Virus record (IMG/VR): IMGVR_UViG_3300042549_006197
Span: 1 to 64,000 of that record
From: a virus
Lineage: Duplodnaviria; Caudoviricetes
Length of the DNA: 64,000 nucleotides
Strand: one strand, 5' to 3'
A model generated the notes under the pieces. That model saw nothing but the letters and a program-made list of their open reading frames with translations, searched no databases and had not been told where the DNA came from. Shown here piece after piece: positions 1 to 9,949 of this stretch; position 1 is the stretch's first letter, and each line of letters opens with the position of its first letter. The translations under genes were made by a program, and so were the position numbers.

Positions 1-1013
1 TCATGAGGTTGATCTACCGGCGCCATCCACGCTCGAAGTCCCTCATTAAGGAGGATGTTCTTTGTATAGAACGTTTCAAACTCCGGATCTTCTGCCGCTC
101 TAATCTCCTGAGATACAAAGTCGTATGCACGAAGGTTGAGAGCAAGACCGATGATGCCAATAGAGGAAGTCCAGAGGCCCATAACTGGAACAAAAAGCAT
201 AAAGAAATGCAACCAACGTTTATTGCTAAAAGCAATACCAAAGATCTGAGACCAGAATCTGTTAGCCGTAACCATAGAATACGTCTCTTCCTCTTGAGTC
301 GGTTCAAATGCTTTGAAAGTGTTTGCCTGTTCACTGTCTTCAAATAATGTGTTTTCTACTGTTGCTCCATGAATCGCACAGAGCAGTGCTCCTCCCAGTA
401 TACCAGCAACTCCCATCATATGGAAGGGGTTGAGGGTCCAGTTGTGGAAACCCTGAAGGAACAGAAGGAACCTGAAAATTGCAGCAACACCAAATGAAGG
501 TGCAAAGAACCAACTGGATTGACCCAGTGGATACATTAGAAACACAGAAACAAATACTGCAATAGGACCAGAGAATGCAATTGCATTATAAGGTCTGATA
601 CCCACCAGACGAGCAATCTCAAACTGGCGAAGCATAAAACCAATCAGACTAAAGGCCCCGTGGAGTGCCACAAAAGGCCAGAGTCCCCCAAGTTGGAACC
701 ACCTGACGATATCCCCTTGAGCCTCAGGACCCCAGAGAAGAAGAAGAGAATGACCCATAGAATCTGCTGGAGTACTAACTGCCGCAGTAAGAAAGTTTGC
801 ACCCTCAAGATAGGAACTTGCCAACCCGTGAGTATACCAACTCGTAACGAAAGTTGTCCCAGTAAGCCAACCACCAAGAGCAAGGTAAGCAGTGGGAAAA
901 AGAAGAAGTCCAGACCAGCCAACAAAAACGAAACGATCTCTTTTAAGCCAGTCATCGAGTACATCGAACCATCCTCTTTGTTGAATTGGTTGTGAAAGTG
1001 TAGATGAAACCAT
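1..1013 (-). CDS. psbD: Photosystem II D2 protein (3' end outside window)
   Basis: Manual translation from ATG at 1013: [35 protein letters not shown]...[10 protein letters not shown]...[18 protein letters not shown]; missing from the ORF track because no stop lies in the window. Confidence 0.98.
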   Translation of the reverse strand, partial: MVSSTLSQPIQQRGWFDVLDDWLKRDRFVFVGWSGLLLFPTAYLALGGWLTGTTFVTSWYTHGLASSYLEGANFLTAAVSTPADSMGHSLLLLWGPEAQGDIVRWFQLGGLWPFVALHGAFSLIGFMLRQFEIARLVGIRPYNAIAFSGPIAVFVSVFLMYPLGQSSWFFAPSFGVAAIFRFLLFLQGFHNWTLNPFHMMGVAGILGGALLCAIHGATVENTLFEDSEQANTFKAFEPTQEEETYSMVTANRFWSQIFGIAFSNKRWLHFFMLFVPVMGLWTSSIGIIGLALNLRAYDFVSQEIRAAEDPEFETFYTKNILLNEGLRAWMAPVDQPH

Positions 1014-1025
1014 TTATGTCCTCCG

Positions 1026-1052
1026 AAATAAAAAGGGGATCCGAAGATCCCC
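1026..1052 (-). terminator. Intrinsic terminator between psbA and psbD
   Basis: GGGGATC-TTCG-GATCCCC followed by TTTTT on minus strand (UUCG tetraloop). Confidence 0.85.
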
Positions 1053-1072
1053 AGTGAATATTGGTTGTTATA

Positions 1073-2152
1073 TCAACCGATTGCTGGAGCAGTGAGAGCA
1101 ACAGGAGTTGACTCAGCAGCAGCAAGGTCAAGAGGGAAATTATGCGCGTTTCTTTCGTGCATTACTTCCATCCCAAGACCAGCACGGTTCAGAACATCTG
1201 CCCAAGTATTGAGCACACGACCCTGAGAATCAATGATGGACTGGTTGAAGTTGAAACCGTTCAGGTTGAATGCCATCGTGGATACACCAAGAGCGGTGAA
1301 CCAGATGCCTACAACAGGCCATGCGGCGAGGAAGAAGTGAAGTGAACGTGAGTTATTGAAGGAAGCATATTGGAAAATAAGGCGTCCGAAATAACCGTGA
1401 GCAGCAACGATGTTATAGGTCTCTTCTTCTTGACCAAACTTGTAACCATAGTTCTGCGACTCGTTCTCAGTGGTTTCACGAACCAGTGAGGAAGTAACCA
1501 GAGAACCGTGCATAGCACTGAACAGAGAACCACCGAACACACCAGCAACTCCAAGCATATGGAAGGGGTGCATCAGGATGTTGTGCTCTGCCTGGAACAC
1601 AAGCATGTAGTTGAAGGTGCCACTGATACCCAGAGGCATTGCATCAGAGAAAGAACCTTGACCAAAAGGATACACCAGGAATACCGCACTCGCAGCGGCA
1701 ACAGGTGCAGAGTAAGCAACACAGATCCAAGGACGCATACCCAGACGGTAGGAAAGTTCCCACTCACGACCCATATAAGCATAGATGCCGATGAGGAAGT
1801 GGAAGACAACCAGTTGGAAAGGTCCACCGTTGTACAGCCACTCATCTAGGGAAGCAGCTTCCCAGATGGGATAAAAATGCAGTCCAATAGCATTGGACGA
1901 CGGAATCACAGCACCAGAGATGATGTTGTTTCCGTACATGAGTGAACCAGCAACGGGTTCACGAATGCCATCAATGTCTACAGGAGGTGCAGCGATGAAG
2001 GCAACGATGAAGCAGATGGTAGCAGCAAGCAGGCAAGGAATCATCAGAACGCCGAACCAACCCACATAGAGGCGGTTGTCGGTGCTGGTGACCCACTGGC
2101 AAAACTGTTCCCAAGTATTTGATTGTCGTTGTTGAGCGATTGAAGCAGTCAT
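1073..2152 (-). CDS. psbA: Photosystem II D1 protein
   Basis: Full-length D1: [40 protein letters not shown]; uninterrupted. Confidence 0.99.
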   Translation of the reverse strand: MTASIAQQRQSNTWEQFCQWVTSTDNRLYVGWFGVLMIPCLLAATICFIVAFIAAPPVDIDGIREPVAGSLMYGNNIISGAVIPSSNAIGLHFYPIWEAASLDEWLYNGGPFQLVVFHFLIGIYAYMGREWELSYRLGMRPWICVAYSAPVAAASAVFLVYPFGQGSFSDAMPLGISGTFNYMLVFQAEHNILMHPFHMLGVAGVFGGSLFSAMHGSLVTSSLVRETTENESQNYGYKFGQEEETYNIVAAHGYFGRLIFQYASFNNSRSLHFFLAAWPVVGIWFTALGVSTMAFNLNGFNFNQSIIDSQGRVLNTWADVLNRAGLGMEVMHERNAHNFPLDLAAAESTPVALTAPAIG

Positions 2153-2167
2153 TTGTTTTTAAAAGGA

Positions 2168-2272
2168 TAGTAAGACCATCAGGGAAATGGTGGAGATACT
2201 ATGCTCCCCGCACCCTTAGCGGGGATATGAGAGACGTAATTTATACACCCATAGGTCTCGGTTAACGGGTGT
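2168..2272 (-). ncRNA. Structured psbA 5' leader, PhotoRC-II-like RNA motif
   Basis: Minus strand CACCCG..CCGAGACC..GGGTG..CGTCTCTC, CCCCGC-TAAGGGT-GCGGGG and ACCAT..ATGGT pairings; position and look match the cyanophage psbA-leader motif as recalled. Confidence 0.7.
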
Positions 2273-2321
2273 TGACAATGTTAAGGATTGTTAGAAATCC
2301 GTAACATTTGTTTACCTATTT

Positions 2322-2350
2322 ATCATAGCACGGTTTCCTGGGTTCGTCAA
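2322..2350 (-). promoter_or_regulatory. Sigma70-type promoter for psbA
   Basis: TTGACG-17 nt-TATGAT, overlapping an ATAAATA late-type motif. Confidence 0.75.
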
Positions 2351-2386
2351 CCACTCAGATTGTATGCGTTATTTTTTAGAGATTTA

Positions 2387-5300
2387 TTATAATGAATATC
2401 CTTTTATAACAATATATACCCATCCACCACTTCCACTATTTCCATAGTTATTAAAATAAATGGTTCTACCATCACTAGGGATATGCTGACTTGAAAACCA
2501 TAATCCATAATTTGGAGAATATCCATCAGCTTCACCATTATATGTGAGCGTTACTGCATGACGAGTTAATGTTCCAAATTGTCCCGATGGTTGTGCCCCT
2601 CTACTATCTACCCAGTTTTTTTGACTAGAAACTGAAGAACGACCAAGAACAATATTTTGATGATCACCACTATTTGCAGTAATAAAAACATCAGCGAGAA
2701 TATAACGTGTAGATGGTGGAATTGAATTGGTTGGTGTAACCGAAAACGTTTGAGTACCACTCCAAGAAAATTCAAAAACAACAGGTGTTATTTCTACCCA
2801 TTGAATTACAGTTGATCCAGATTGTTTAATTGTACCAGTATAATTAATATCTCCACTAACTGTAAGTGTACCAGAATTAATAGTCCCTACCGAAATATTT
2901 GGTGTTCCTGTCAGTCCTTGTGCATTAGTGGCAGTTGTCGCACTGGTAGCATTACCAGATAAACTAGCAGTAATAGTTCCAGCACTAAAGTTTCCTGAAG
3001 AATCACGAGCAACAATGGTTGAAGCAGTATTAGCACTTGTAGCATTACTTGTGACAGTAAATGTAGATGCACCAGAACCATTGTAAGTTGTTGAACCAGA
3101 AAGGCCTGTTCCAGATGTATTGAGAGTTAATGTATTTAAATTAGATCCAAGAGAAACACCAGAAATTGTAGAGTTTGCAAGATTTGCATTGGTAATTCCG
3201 GCAGAGCCACTCAGATTACTATTTGTAAGACCAGTAATTCCAGATCCAGATCCACTGAATGATGTTGCAGTAGTTACACCAGAAATATTAGCTCCAGTAG
3301 AAGTAATAATTCCAGTAAAGTTTCCTCTAGTTGCAGTTAAAACTCCAACTGAAATTCCATTAGATGTAGAATTTCCTCTTGAAGTTACTGAGTTTAAAGT
3401 ATCAGTCTCGGTATAAGAAGTTAGATACGTTGAAGAATCTACAGAACCATCTGCCTTCAAGAATTGTGATGAAGTTCCACCAGATTTAACAAATGATGAT
3501 GCCGTAGTAACACCAGAAACCTTTGCATCTCCTACAATATCAAGTGCTGATGTCGGATTTGTGGTTCCAATACCAACATTACCATTTTGATTTAAAACAG
3601 TAATTGATTCAGTATCAGTTCCATTAACTCTTCTCCAAATTCTTAATGGAACAGAACCACCACCAAAATCTTGTGTATCAATCCTCCACCCATAAAGATT
3701 ATTACCAGAAGCAAGATATAAATGAGGTAAAGTATTACCATTATAAGGTCCAATATGCAATGCAGTATTTGGATTAGTTTGTCCTATTCCAAGTCTTGTA
3801 GAAACATAAGCACCACCAGTCACTTGAAGTGGTTGTGATGCTGTTCCTGTTGAGGCATCAGTTCCAATTCCAACTTCTCCAGTAGAATGAACTACAACTC
3901 TATTGATTAAGTTTGCGGATGTAGCAATATTTTCAAAGGTATTACCACCAGTTGCAGTTGTATAAGTGTCAATTCTAACTTGAGATGCAGCAAGTCTTAT
4001 TCTATCCCATCCATTGCTTACCTCAGCATCATTTCCTTTGAATAGAAGAAGCTCCGATCTTTCTGTTCCAGTGCTCCAAACTCTTTCACCAATATAAGTG
4101 TGACTATAAGAACCAGGTTGATCACCATTGGTTCCATAAAAAGCAATATAGTTTGAAGTTGTCGAACCTCCGAGTCTTAAATTACCATCAACTTGAAGTC
4201 TTTCTCCTGGATTTGTTGTTCCTATTCCAAGATTACCAAAGATATTAGCTCCAGTAGAAGTAATAATTCCAGTAAAGTTTCCTCTAGTTGCAGTTAAAAC
4301 TCCAACTGAAATTCCATTAGATGTAGAATTTCCTCTTGAAGTTACACTATTTAAAGTATCAGTCTCCGTATACGATGTAAGATAAGTTGAAGAATCTACA
4401 GAACCATCTGCCTTTAAGAATTGGGATGAAGTTCCTCCAGATTTAACTATGGAAGTAGCAGTTAAAACTCCAACAGAAATTCCATTAGATGTAGAATTTC
4501 CTCTACCAGTTACACTATTTAAAGTATCAGTCTCGGTATAAGAAGTTAGATACGTTGAAGAATCAACACTGCCATCTGCCTTTAAGAATTGAGATGAAGT
4601 TCCTCCAGACTTAACAAATGATGATGCCGTAGTAACACCAGAAATCTTAGCATTTCCCAAAACATCAAGTGCTGATGTTGGTATACTAGAATTAATACCA
4701 ACATTTGATGTGGTACTAATTCCTGATACAGAACTGGTCCATTGAGATGTATTAGTAGAATAAATTGTAACTGCACCAGTACCATTTGTTGGGCTTATGG
4801 TGATACCACTTCCCGCTATGATACTAGTAACAATGCCAGGTAAACTTTGATAACCTCCACCGCCCGGAACCATATCAAAATCGGTAGCATAAACAGTTCC
4901 AGTTACATTTAAATTGCCAACAATTTTAGCACTACCATTATCAATAATTAGTGTTGTTGTTCCAGAACCAACAACATGAAGTTTATATGACGCATTTGTT
5001 GTGCCTATACCAACATTTGATGTTGTAGTAATACCTGTTGCTCCTGTGGTCCATTGAGAAGAAGTTCCTCCTCCGCTGCTACCACCACTTGGTAAATTTG
5101 TCAATAATGATCCATCACCAACAAACTTTGTGGCTGTAACCACACCACTAAATTTTCCATCACCAACGACAGATAATCTCGATGTTGGAGTTGTGGTTCC
5201 TATACCAAGATTACCAGACTGTAAGAATCTTGCCCATTCAGTTCCGCCTTGCCCAAATGCCATTCCATAAAGAGAACCATTTGGATTATACTCAATATAA

Positions 5301-6592
5301 CCTTGTTCAGTTACATCAGTTACATTAACTAATTTTGTGGATGCACTAAACCAATCACTTCCAGTAGCATTTCTTGTTGCTTTAATTCTTAAGTATGATG
5401 TATTTGTATTAACGTGTAAAAATTGTGCAACGGTAAGTGCCGAACCAACAGTTCCTGGTAAAGTTATTCCAGAACCAACATTGGAAATAGAAGCATTTGG
5501 AGAAAGTTGTAGTGCAACCGTTGGATTATTAGTTCCGATTCCAACAGAACCAGTTGTATTTCTTACAACAAAATATGGTGAATTTGTGAAATTAGTACTA
5601 TCACCAATACCCCAGAAAGTAGCACCTGTTGATATACCAGCGTGCATTGTTCCTGAACTATTTTGATATCTAATATAACTTTCACCTGTGCTATTTCTTT
5701 CTATAATAGCTCCAATTGCAGAACCACCAGTTAGATGAAATAGTGCTGATGGATTTGTTCTACCAACTCCAAGATTACCAGAAACATAAGCACCACCAGT
5801 AACTTGAAGTCTTTGTGATGCGGTTCCTGTAGAAGTTGCAGAACCAACTAGGAATGTTCCATTAGCATCTATTCTTCCTCTATCATTCGCACCACCTGTC
5901 TGGAATATAAGACTTCTGCCCGAATCTGCACGAAGAACAATATCTGTTCCACTTCCACCAAAAGCATTTAGAACTCCAATTCCACCATAAAAACCAGCAC
6001 CACTCCAGAAGTTTAGAGATCCAGATGCACTATCAATTCTAATATTACTACCAAGAACATGGAGTTTGTCTGATGGATTTGTGGTTCCTATACCGATATT
6101 ACCAGTTGCCTGTCTTAATATGAATGCATCAGGTGCGGCAGTTGAGAAGATTTTTAGGTCTCTGTTTTTGGTATCTAAGTTATTAAAAAGATTATAAGCA
6201 CCAAATTCCATAAAGGAACTATCGGCATTAACACCAAATGATACTCTTGGTCCAACAGCAGAAGGATCGAGTAATACGCTATAATTTGCTGCTGCTGGAT
6301 TTTGAACTCTTATTGTTGCACCAGTAGCACGAACATCCAAAGTAGAACCTGGATTTGTGGTTCCTATACCGACAGAACCAGAAACATAAGCACCACCAGT
6401 AACTTGAAGTCTTTGTGATGCGGTTCCTGTTGATGTTGCTGTTCCTACAAGTATATTACTTCCACTAAATGTTGTTGCTGAAATTGTACCAAAACCAATG
6501 CTCACATTGGAAGTTGTTCCGATACCAATGCTTACGTTATCAATAATTTGTACAAGTCTTCCAAACTGACTAAGTTCTCTATTAATAGCCAT
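2387..6592 (-). CDS. Tail fibre / virion fibre-like protein
   Basis: 1401 aa, G/S/T-rich, many GNVGIGTTNP..L.V.G repeats typical of cyanophage fibres; ATAAATA late motif just upstream. Confidence 0.8.
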   Translation of the reverse strand: MAINRELSQFGRLVQIIDNVSIGIGTTSNVSIGFGTISATTFSGSNILVGTATSTGTASQRLQVTGGAYVSGSVGIGTTNPGSTLDVRATGATIRVQNPAAANYSVLLDPSAVGPRVSFGVNADSSFMEFGAYNLFNNLDTKNRDLKIFSTAAPDAFILRQATGNIGIGTTNPSDKLHVLGSNIRIDSASGSLNFWSGAGFYGGIGVLNAFGGSGTDIVLRADSGRSLIFQTGGANDRGRIDANGTFLVGSATSTGTASQRLQVTGGAYVSGNLGVGRTNPSALFHLTGGSAIGAIIERNSTGESYIRYQNSSGTMHAGISTGATFWGIGDSTNFTNSPYFVVRNTTGSVGIGTNNPTVALQLSPNASISNVGSGITLPGTVGSALTVAQFLHVNTNTSYLRIKATRNATGSDWFSASTKLVNVTDVTEQGYIEYNPNGSLYGMAFGQGGTEWARFLQSGNLGIGTTTPTSRLSVVGDGKFSGVVTATKFVGDGSLLTNLPSGGSSGGGTSSQWTTGATGITTTSNVGIGTTNASYKLHVVGSGTTTLIIDNGSAKIVGNLNVTGTVYATDFDMVPGGGGYQSLPGIVTSIIAGSGITISPTNGTGAVTIYSTNTSQWTSSVSGISTTSNVGINSSIPTSALDVLGNAKISGVTTASSFVKSGGTSSQFLKADGSVDSSTYLTSYTETDTLNSVTGRGNSTSNGISVGVLTATSIVKSGGTSSQFLKADGSVDSSTYLTSYTETDTLNSVTSRGNSTSNGISVGVLTATRGNFTGIITSTGANIFGNLGIGTTNPGERLQVDGNLRLGGSTTSNYIAFYGTNGDQPGSYSHTYIGERVWSTGTERSELLLFKGNDAEVSNGWDRIRLAASQVRIDTYTTATGGNTFENIATSANLINRVVVHSTGEVGIGTDASTGTASQPLQVTGGAYVSTRLGIGQTNPNTALHIGPYNGNTLPHLYLASGNNLYGWRIDTQDFGGGSVPLRIWRRVNGTDTESITVLNQNGNVGIGTTNPTSALDIVGDAKVSGVTTASSFVKSGGTSSQFLKADGSVDSSTYLTSYTETDTLNSVTSRGNSTSNGISVGVLTATRGNFTGIITSTGANISGVTTATSFSGSGSGITGLTNSNLSGSAGITNANLANSTISGVSLGSNLNTLTLNTSGTGLSGSTTYNGSGASTFTVTSNATSANTASTIVARDSSGNFSAGTITASLSGNATSATTATNAQGLTGTPNISVGTINSGTLTVSGDINYTGTIKQSGSTVIQWVEITPVVFEFSWSGTQTFSVTPTNSIPPSTRYILADVFITANSGDHQNIVLGRSSVSSQKNWVDSRGAQPSGQFGTLTRHAVTLTYNGEADGYSPNYGLWFSSQHIPSDGRTIYFNNYGNSGSGGWVYIVIKGYSL
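3285..4645. repeat. Three near-identical intragenic repeats (~3285-3519, ~4242-4447, ~4458-4644)
   Basis: KSGGTSSQFLKADGSVDSSTYLTSYTETDTLNSVT.RGNSTSNGISVGVLTAT occurs three times with long exact DNA matches; the last two copies are in tandem with a 168-nt period. Confidence 0.9.
5777..6430. repeat. Exact ~54-nt duplication in fibre gene (~5777-5830, ~6377-6430; diverged copy ~3800-3850)
   Basis: accagaaacataagcaccaccagtaacttgaagtctttgtgatgcggttcctgt occurs twice (TGTASQRLQVTGGAYVSG). Confidence 0.9.
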
Positions 6593-6606
6593 TTATAGTT
6601 TTTTAG

Positions 6607-6634
6607 ATATTTATGAAAGCAGAAACATAAATAC
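6607..6634. promoter_or_regulatory. Back-to-back T4-like late promoters
   Basis: CATAAATA on minus (~6608-6615) and CATAAATA on plus (~6627-6634) between divergent genes. Confidence 0.65.
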
Positions 6635-6656
6635 TTGCAGTGTTTACACTCGAACA

Positions 6657-7118
6657 ATGAAAAGACTCATTTTAGCCTTTTCGTTATTCTTCACTACTCC
6701 TGCTTTTGCTGCTGAAATTACATCTAAAATCGTTGATTCCGTACAACTAAGCGTTCAGGGTGCTGCGGTACAATCAAATAGAGTCGGTGCTCAATACACC
6801 GTCTCAGGCACAAACATTAACGTCACAACTCTTGGTGGAGTTGGTGGTGCTGGTTCTTATGCGATCAACACGAATGGTGGGGCATTTACTTTCAGTGAAT
6901 CTTCAATTACTGCTGATACTAATGTCACCAGTCAGTCGGCAGCTTCTGGAACAATTGCTGCTCCCAACCTTTATAGCGACTCTACTACTCAGTTAGGTGG
7001 TTCGGCAGGTTCTCTTGCTGGAACTATCAATGCTGCTGGTGTTCCTACCATCACCGCTGGTGGTCCTGGAAGCACTGGTACTGCTCAAAGAACCGTTGAG
7101 TTAAGCGTATTCAAGTGA
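6657..7118 (+). CDS. Exported G/S/T/A-rich hypothetical protein
   Basis: Signal peptide MKRLILAFSLFFTTPAFA; first gene of plus-strand operon. Confidence 0.8.
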   Translation: MKRLILAFSLFFTTPAFAAEITSKIVDSVQLSVQGAAVQSNRVGAQYTVSGTNINVTTLGGVGGAGSYAINTNGGAFTFSESSITADTNVTSQSAASGTIAAPNLYSDSTTQLGGSAGSLAGTINAAGVPTITAGGPGSTGTAQRTVELSVFK

Positions 7119-7477
7119 GACACATAACTCCCGCTTTGCTGCTAGCAGCGGGACTTATTTCTCCTTGCTATGCAGCACCAGTCACTCCTAATTTTACGAG
7201 TGGCACAATTACTTCTGAGACTAAGACTCGTACTGAAGTGGTTGAAGTTATCAAACAAATAGAATATACTACTGGGACATCTTATACTGTTACTGGTACT
7301 AATATCAATATCCCTGGGACACCGGCTCCAGGAGCGAACTACACAATTCAAACGCAAGGTGCTCCGTTCCAGTTTAGTGAAACTCACTTGACTCCTGGAA
7401 TTGCGAAAGAAACATGGATAGATCGCAAAACGGTAGAAGAATCTACTACAAATACATTATCGGTCTTTACGCAATAA
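7115..7477 (+). CDS. Exported hypothetical protein
   Basis: GTG start overlapping previous stop; signal-peptide-like N-terminus. Confidence 0.8.
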   Translation: MRHITPALLLAAGLISPCYAAPVTPNFTSGTITSETKTRTEVVEVIKQIEYTTGTSYTVTGTNINIPGTPAPGANYTIQTQGAPFQFSETHLTPGIAKETWIDRKTVEESTTNTLSVFTQ

Positions 7478-8001
7478 TCGGTTTAGCATCTCCTGCATTT
7501 GCAGAAGCACCATCTAATACGAATATTGCAGGGCCCTCAGCATCTGCGACTGGTAATGTAACCAACCAGGCAGTACAGGTGCTTCAGGGTCCTTTTGCTA
7601 TGAATACTTATGGTGGGGGTGTTTCTTGTCAAGGACCTACACTGAACTTACAGACCTTTGGATACAATAGTTTATCCAATAATAATGATCCAACAACTTA
7701 TCAACAAAATTCTCTGAACGCTGGTTTATCCGCAGGTTTTTCCGTTCCGCTTGATGGTTCATTTCAAGAACTTTGTAAGGCAAGAGTTCGTACAGAAATC
7801 AGTAGACAGCAGGCAGAAGCAGATAAGGCACGTCTTGACTTTGAGTTAGTCAGGTTACTGAAGTGTGGTGAAGCAATGAAAAATGGAATTTCGTTTCACC
7901 CTCAAAGCCCTTATGCAAAAATCTGTGCCGATGTCGTTGTGAAGTATCCACGAGTACAGGATGTAGCAAATGGAAATCAAACCAATCCAAATAAGAAGTG
8001 A
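7414..8001 (+). CDS. Exported Cys-containing hypothetical protein (start uncertain)
   Basis: Signal-like segment ending PAFA; four Cys; amphipathic beta segments. Confidence 0.75.
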   Translation: MDRSQNGRRIYYKYIIGLYAIIGLASPAFAEAPSNTNIAGPSASATGNVTNQAVQVLQGPFAMNTYGGGVSCQGPTLNLQTFGYNSLSNNNDPTTYQQNSLNAGLSAGFSVPLDGSFQELCKARVRTEISRQQAEADKARLDFELVRLLKCGEAMKNGISFHPQSPYAKICADVVVKYPRVQDVANGNQTNPNKK

Positions 8002-8641
8002 ACCCCCACCTATTATTCCAACGATAGAGCCTCCTGTAACTCGCAGAACAGAACGTTCCGTGATACCTCAAATTGATATGCCCATCGTAAATATGCCCGA
8101 TACGACTATCAAGTATCCAGTGATTGATGTTCCTACTCAAGAAGAGTTTGATGCTGCAGTAAGAGCGGAACAGAAGAAACAACAAGAAGAGAAGGAAGAA
8201 AAAACCAGAGGACTTCCTGATGCTACCCCTACCCCTCAACTGCCTCCATCTGTTCAAACCCCCCAGGATAATCGGGTTATTTCCGATGATGCCCCCAAAA
8301 CCAATCTAGGAGTTCCCGTCATTGAAGTACCAATTATCGGGGAAGTTCCCATCCCACCTAAAGAGCAGGTTATTCTTGCTGGCACCACTGCTACTGCTTC
8401 TGTTGCTGCGGCTCTTGTTGGGAAATCTTTGGTGGAATGGATGGTAGGTAAGATGAAACCTATTGTTCAACAGATATTTGTAAGGGGTAAGAAACTCTTA
8501 AGCAGAGACCTTACCCCATATGAACTTCAAGTTTATTTTGCATTTGAGAAAAGTCAGTCTCTCAAGAAAGTCAATAAGTTACTCAAGAAAGAACAGAAGA
8601 ATCAAAAGAAAGAACAATACAAAAAGTTTCACTCAAAGTAA
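7970..8641 (+). CDS. Pro-rich protein with hydrophobic segment near C-terminus
   Basis: Pro-rich N-half, VILAGTTATASVAAALVG hydrophobic stretch, basic tail. Confidence 0.75.
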   Translation: MEIKPIQIRSEPPPIIPTIEPPVTRRTERSVIPQIDMPIVNMPDTTIKYPVIDVPTQEEFDAAVRAEQKKQQEEKEEKTRGLPDATPTPQLPPSVQTPQDNRVISDDAPKTNLGVPVIEVPIIGEVPIPPKEQVILAGTTATASVAAALVGKSLVEWMVGKMKPIVQQIFVRGKKLLSRDLTPYELQVYFAFEKSQSLKKVNKLLKKEQKNQKKEQYKKFHSK

Positions 8642-9055
8642 TTACTTTTTACGCTTCGCATCCAGTTCAGCAAAGTTCTTAACCTTAGTTCCACCATCAT
8701 AAGTCCAAGCATAACCCTCAGCGATCATTTGGTTATTCAATGAAGTCTCTTCACCATTGATAAACAGATGACCGATGATACGACCATACTTCTCTGTAGA
8801 GTCTGGAAGTTCGGTCTTGATAAGAATATCCTTTGCGTTCTCACAACGCTTCTTCAACCATTCTTTTGATTCAAGTCCGTATTTCTTTTCATTCGCATCT
8901 GCAGTGCGTGACTCAGGAGTATCAATCCCAGCAAGGCGAATTCGCTTAGTGAGAGAAATATCAAAGCCCAAATCAATGTCAGCATCTATTGTATCTCCAT
9001 CAACAACTTTATGAATCTCACGGATTCTGTAGATATAAGGATCTTTATTATCCAT
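8642..9055 (-). CDS. Staphylococcal-nuclease-like (SNase) protein
   Basis: VVDGDT...IRLAGIDTPE...KYGR motifs. Confidence 0.88.
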   Translation of the reverse strand: MDNKDPYIYRIREIHKVVDGDTIDADIDLGFDISLTKRIRLAGIDTPESRTADANEKKYGLESKEWLKKRCENAKDILIKTELPDSTEKYGRIIGHLFINGEETSLNNQMIAEGYAWTYDGGTKVKNFAELDAKRKK

Positions 9056-9267
9056 TAGAATGGCAATTTAAACTCTTTGGTATTTAGTTTGGGAAGTGGC
9101 AGAGCATCAATTGCTTTTTGTACCTGTTTCTCTACAACCATACCAACAAACTCTTCTGGGTTTTCAAGAATCTTCTGTGCTTTTTGGTAAGTTACATAAG
9201 CACCATAACAAAGTCCCGCACTAATTGTCAGACTTGTCGCGGATAGAATGATCGCTAGATGTTTCAT
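9055..9267 (-). CDS. Small membrane-anchored hypothetical protein
   Basis: N-terminal hydrophobic helix; coupled to neighbouring gene. Confidence 0.7.
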   Translation of the reverse strand: MKHLAIILSATSLTISAGLCYGAYVTYQKAQKILENPEEFVGMVVEKQVQKAIDALPLPKLNTKEFKLPF

Positions 9268-9373
9268 CGTCCATCTCCATATGAGCTAACCGTAATATGT
9301 AGTAAATGATATACGCAGTCATCGTAAGACCACAACATAATATTACAAGAACTCCCCACGGAAACTCATTCAT
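9221..9373 (-). CDS. 50-aa single-TM hypothetical protein
   Basis: Manual translation MNEFPWGVLVILCCGLTMTAYIIYYILRLAHMEMDD...; fills the gap between neighbours. Confidence 0.6.
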   Translation of the reverse strand: MNEFPWGVLVILCCGLTMTAYIIYYILRLAHMEMDDETSSDHSIRDKSDN

Positions 9374-9566
9374 TCCACCAACCCTCTTGTTTATGAATCC
9401 AAACTTTCAATTCTTTTACATAATTTCTTAAGGTTTCTGCTTGTGAAAGGTGCCAGTCGTCACCCGTTTTCAGGTGCAATCTCATATGCTCATCTACAGC
9501 ATCGAGACACTTTTTAATTACCGGGTTCCAGGGCTCCCGAACTGGCGTGTTCCATTCTCTTGGCAT
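9366..9566 (-). CDS. Hypothetical protein
   Basis: GAGG RBS upstream; in operon. Confidence 0.7.
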   Translation of the reverse strand: MPREWNTPVREPWNPVIKKCLDAVDEHMRLHLKTGDDWHLSQAETLRNYVKELKVWIHKQEGWWNE

Positions 9567-9583
9567 AATACCTCATGTTTTTA

Positions 9584-9931
9584 TTAGACTCCTGTACGTG
9601 GTTGAACAAAACCCTCACCTTCATCTACTTTAGTTTCAAGAGCTTCAACTCTCTCTTCTAAAGTTACAGACAGTTCTTCAACTGGAGGTTCTGGGGGAGC
9701 AACAACAAACTCCTCTCTACGTGGCTCTTCTTTTTTTTCATCATCTTCACCACCTTTCTTCATGGTGTTGATACCAAAGGTAGCGGCTGAAGCGGTAAAT
9801 ACTGTCGCAATGAATGTTGGATCCATCTTTGACAGCATACCTGCATAACTGGCAGTAAGAAGAGCAGCAGACCAACTCAAGATAGCAATACGAATAATTT
9901 GTCCCATAGCATTTTCCTTTTTCTTATCCAT
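9584..9931 (-). CDS. Two-TM membrane protein, holin candidate
   Basis: Two hydrophobic helices and a charged C-tail, directly downstream of the lysozyme; function inferred from position only. Confidence 0.55.
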   Translation of the reverse strand: MDKKKENAMGQIIRIAILSWSAALLTASYAGMLSKMDPTFIATVFTASAATFGINTMKKGGEDDEKKEEPRREEFVVAPPEPPVEELSVTLEERVEALETKVDEGEGFVQPRTGV

Positions 9932-9949
9932 CTTAGTTAGTGTGGTAGG

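Noticed and set aside
3-995. ORF-track entries over the first kilobase
   Set aside because: Alternative frames or antisense of psbD, which the track missed because its stop is outside the window
1073-2152. Possible intron or adjacent homing endonuclease at psbA
   Set aside because: D1 is continuous and the psbA-psbD gap is only about 60 nt
2387-6592. Diversity-generating retroelement or shufflon acting on the fibre gene
   Set aside because: The repeats are direct, in frame and coding; differences are not adenine-specific; no reverse transcriptase or invertase is in the window
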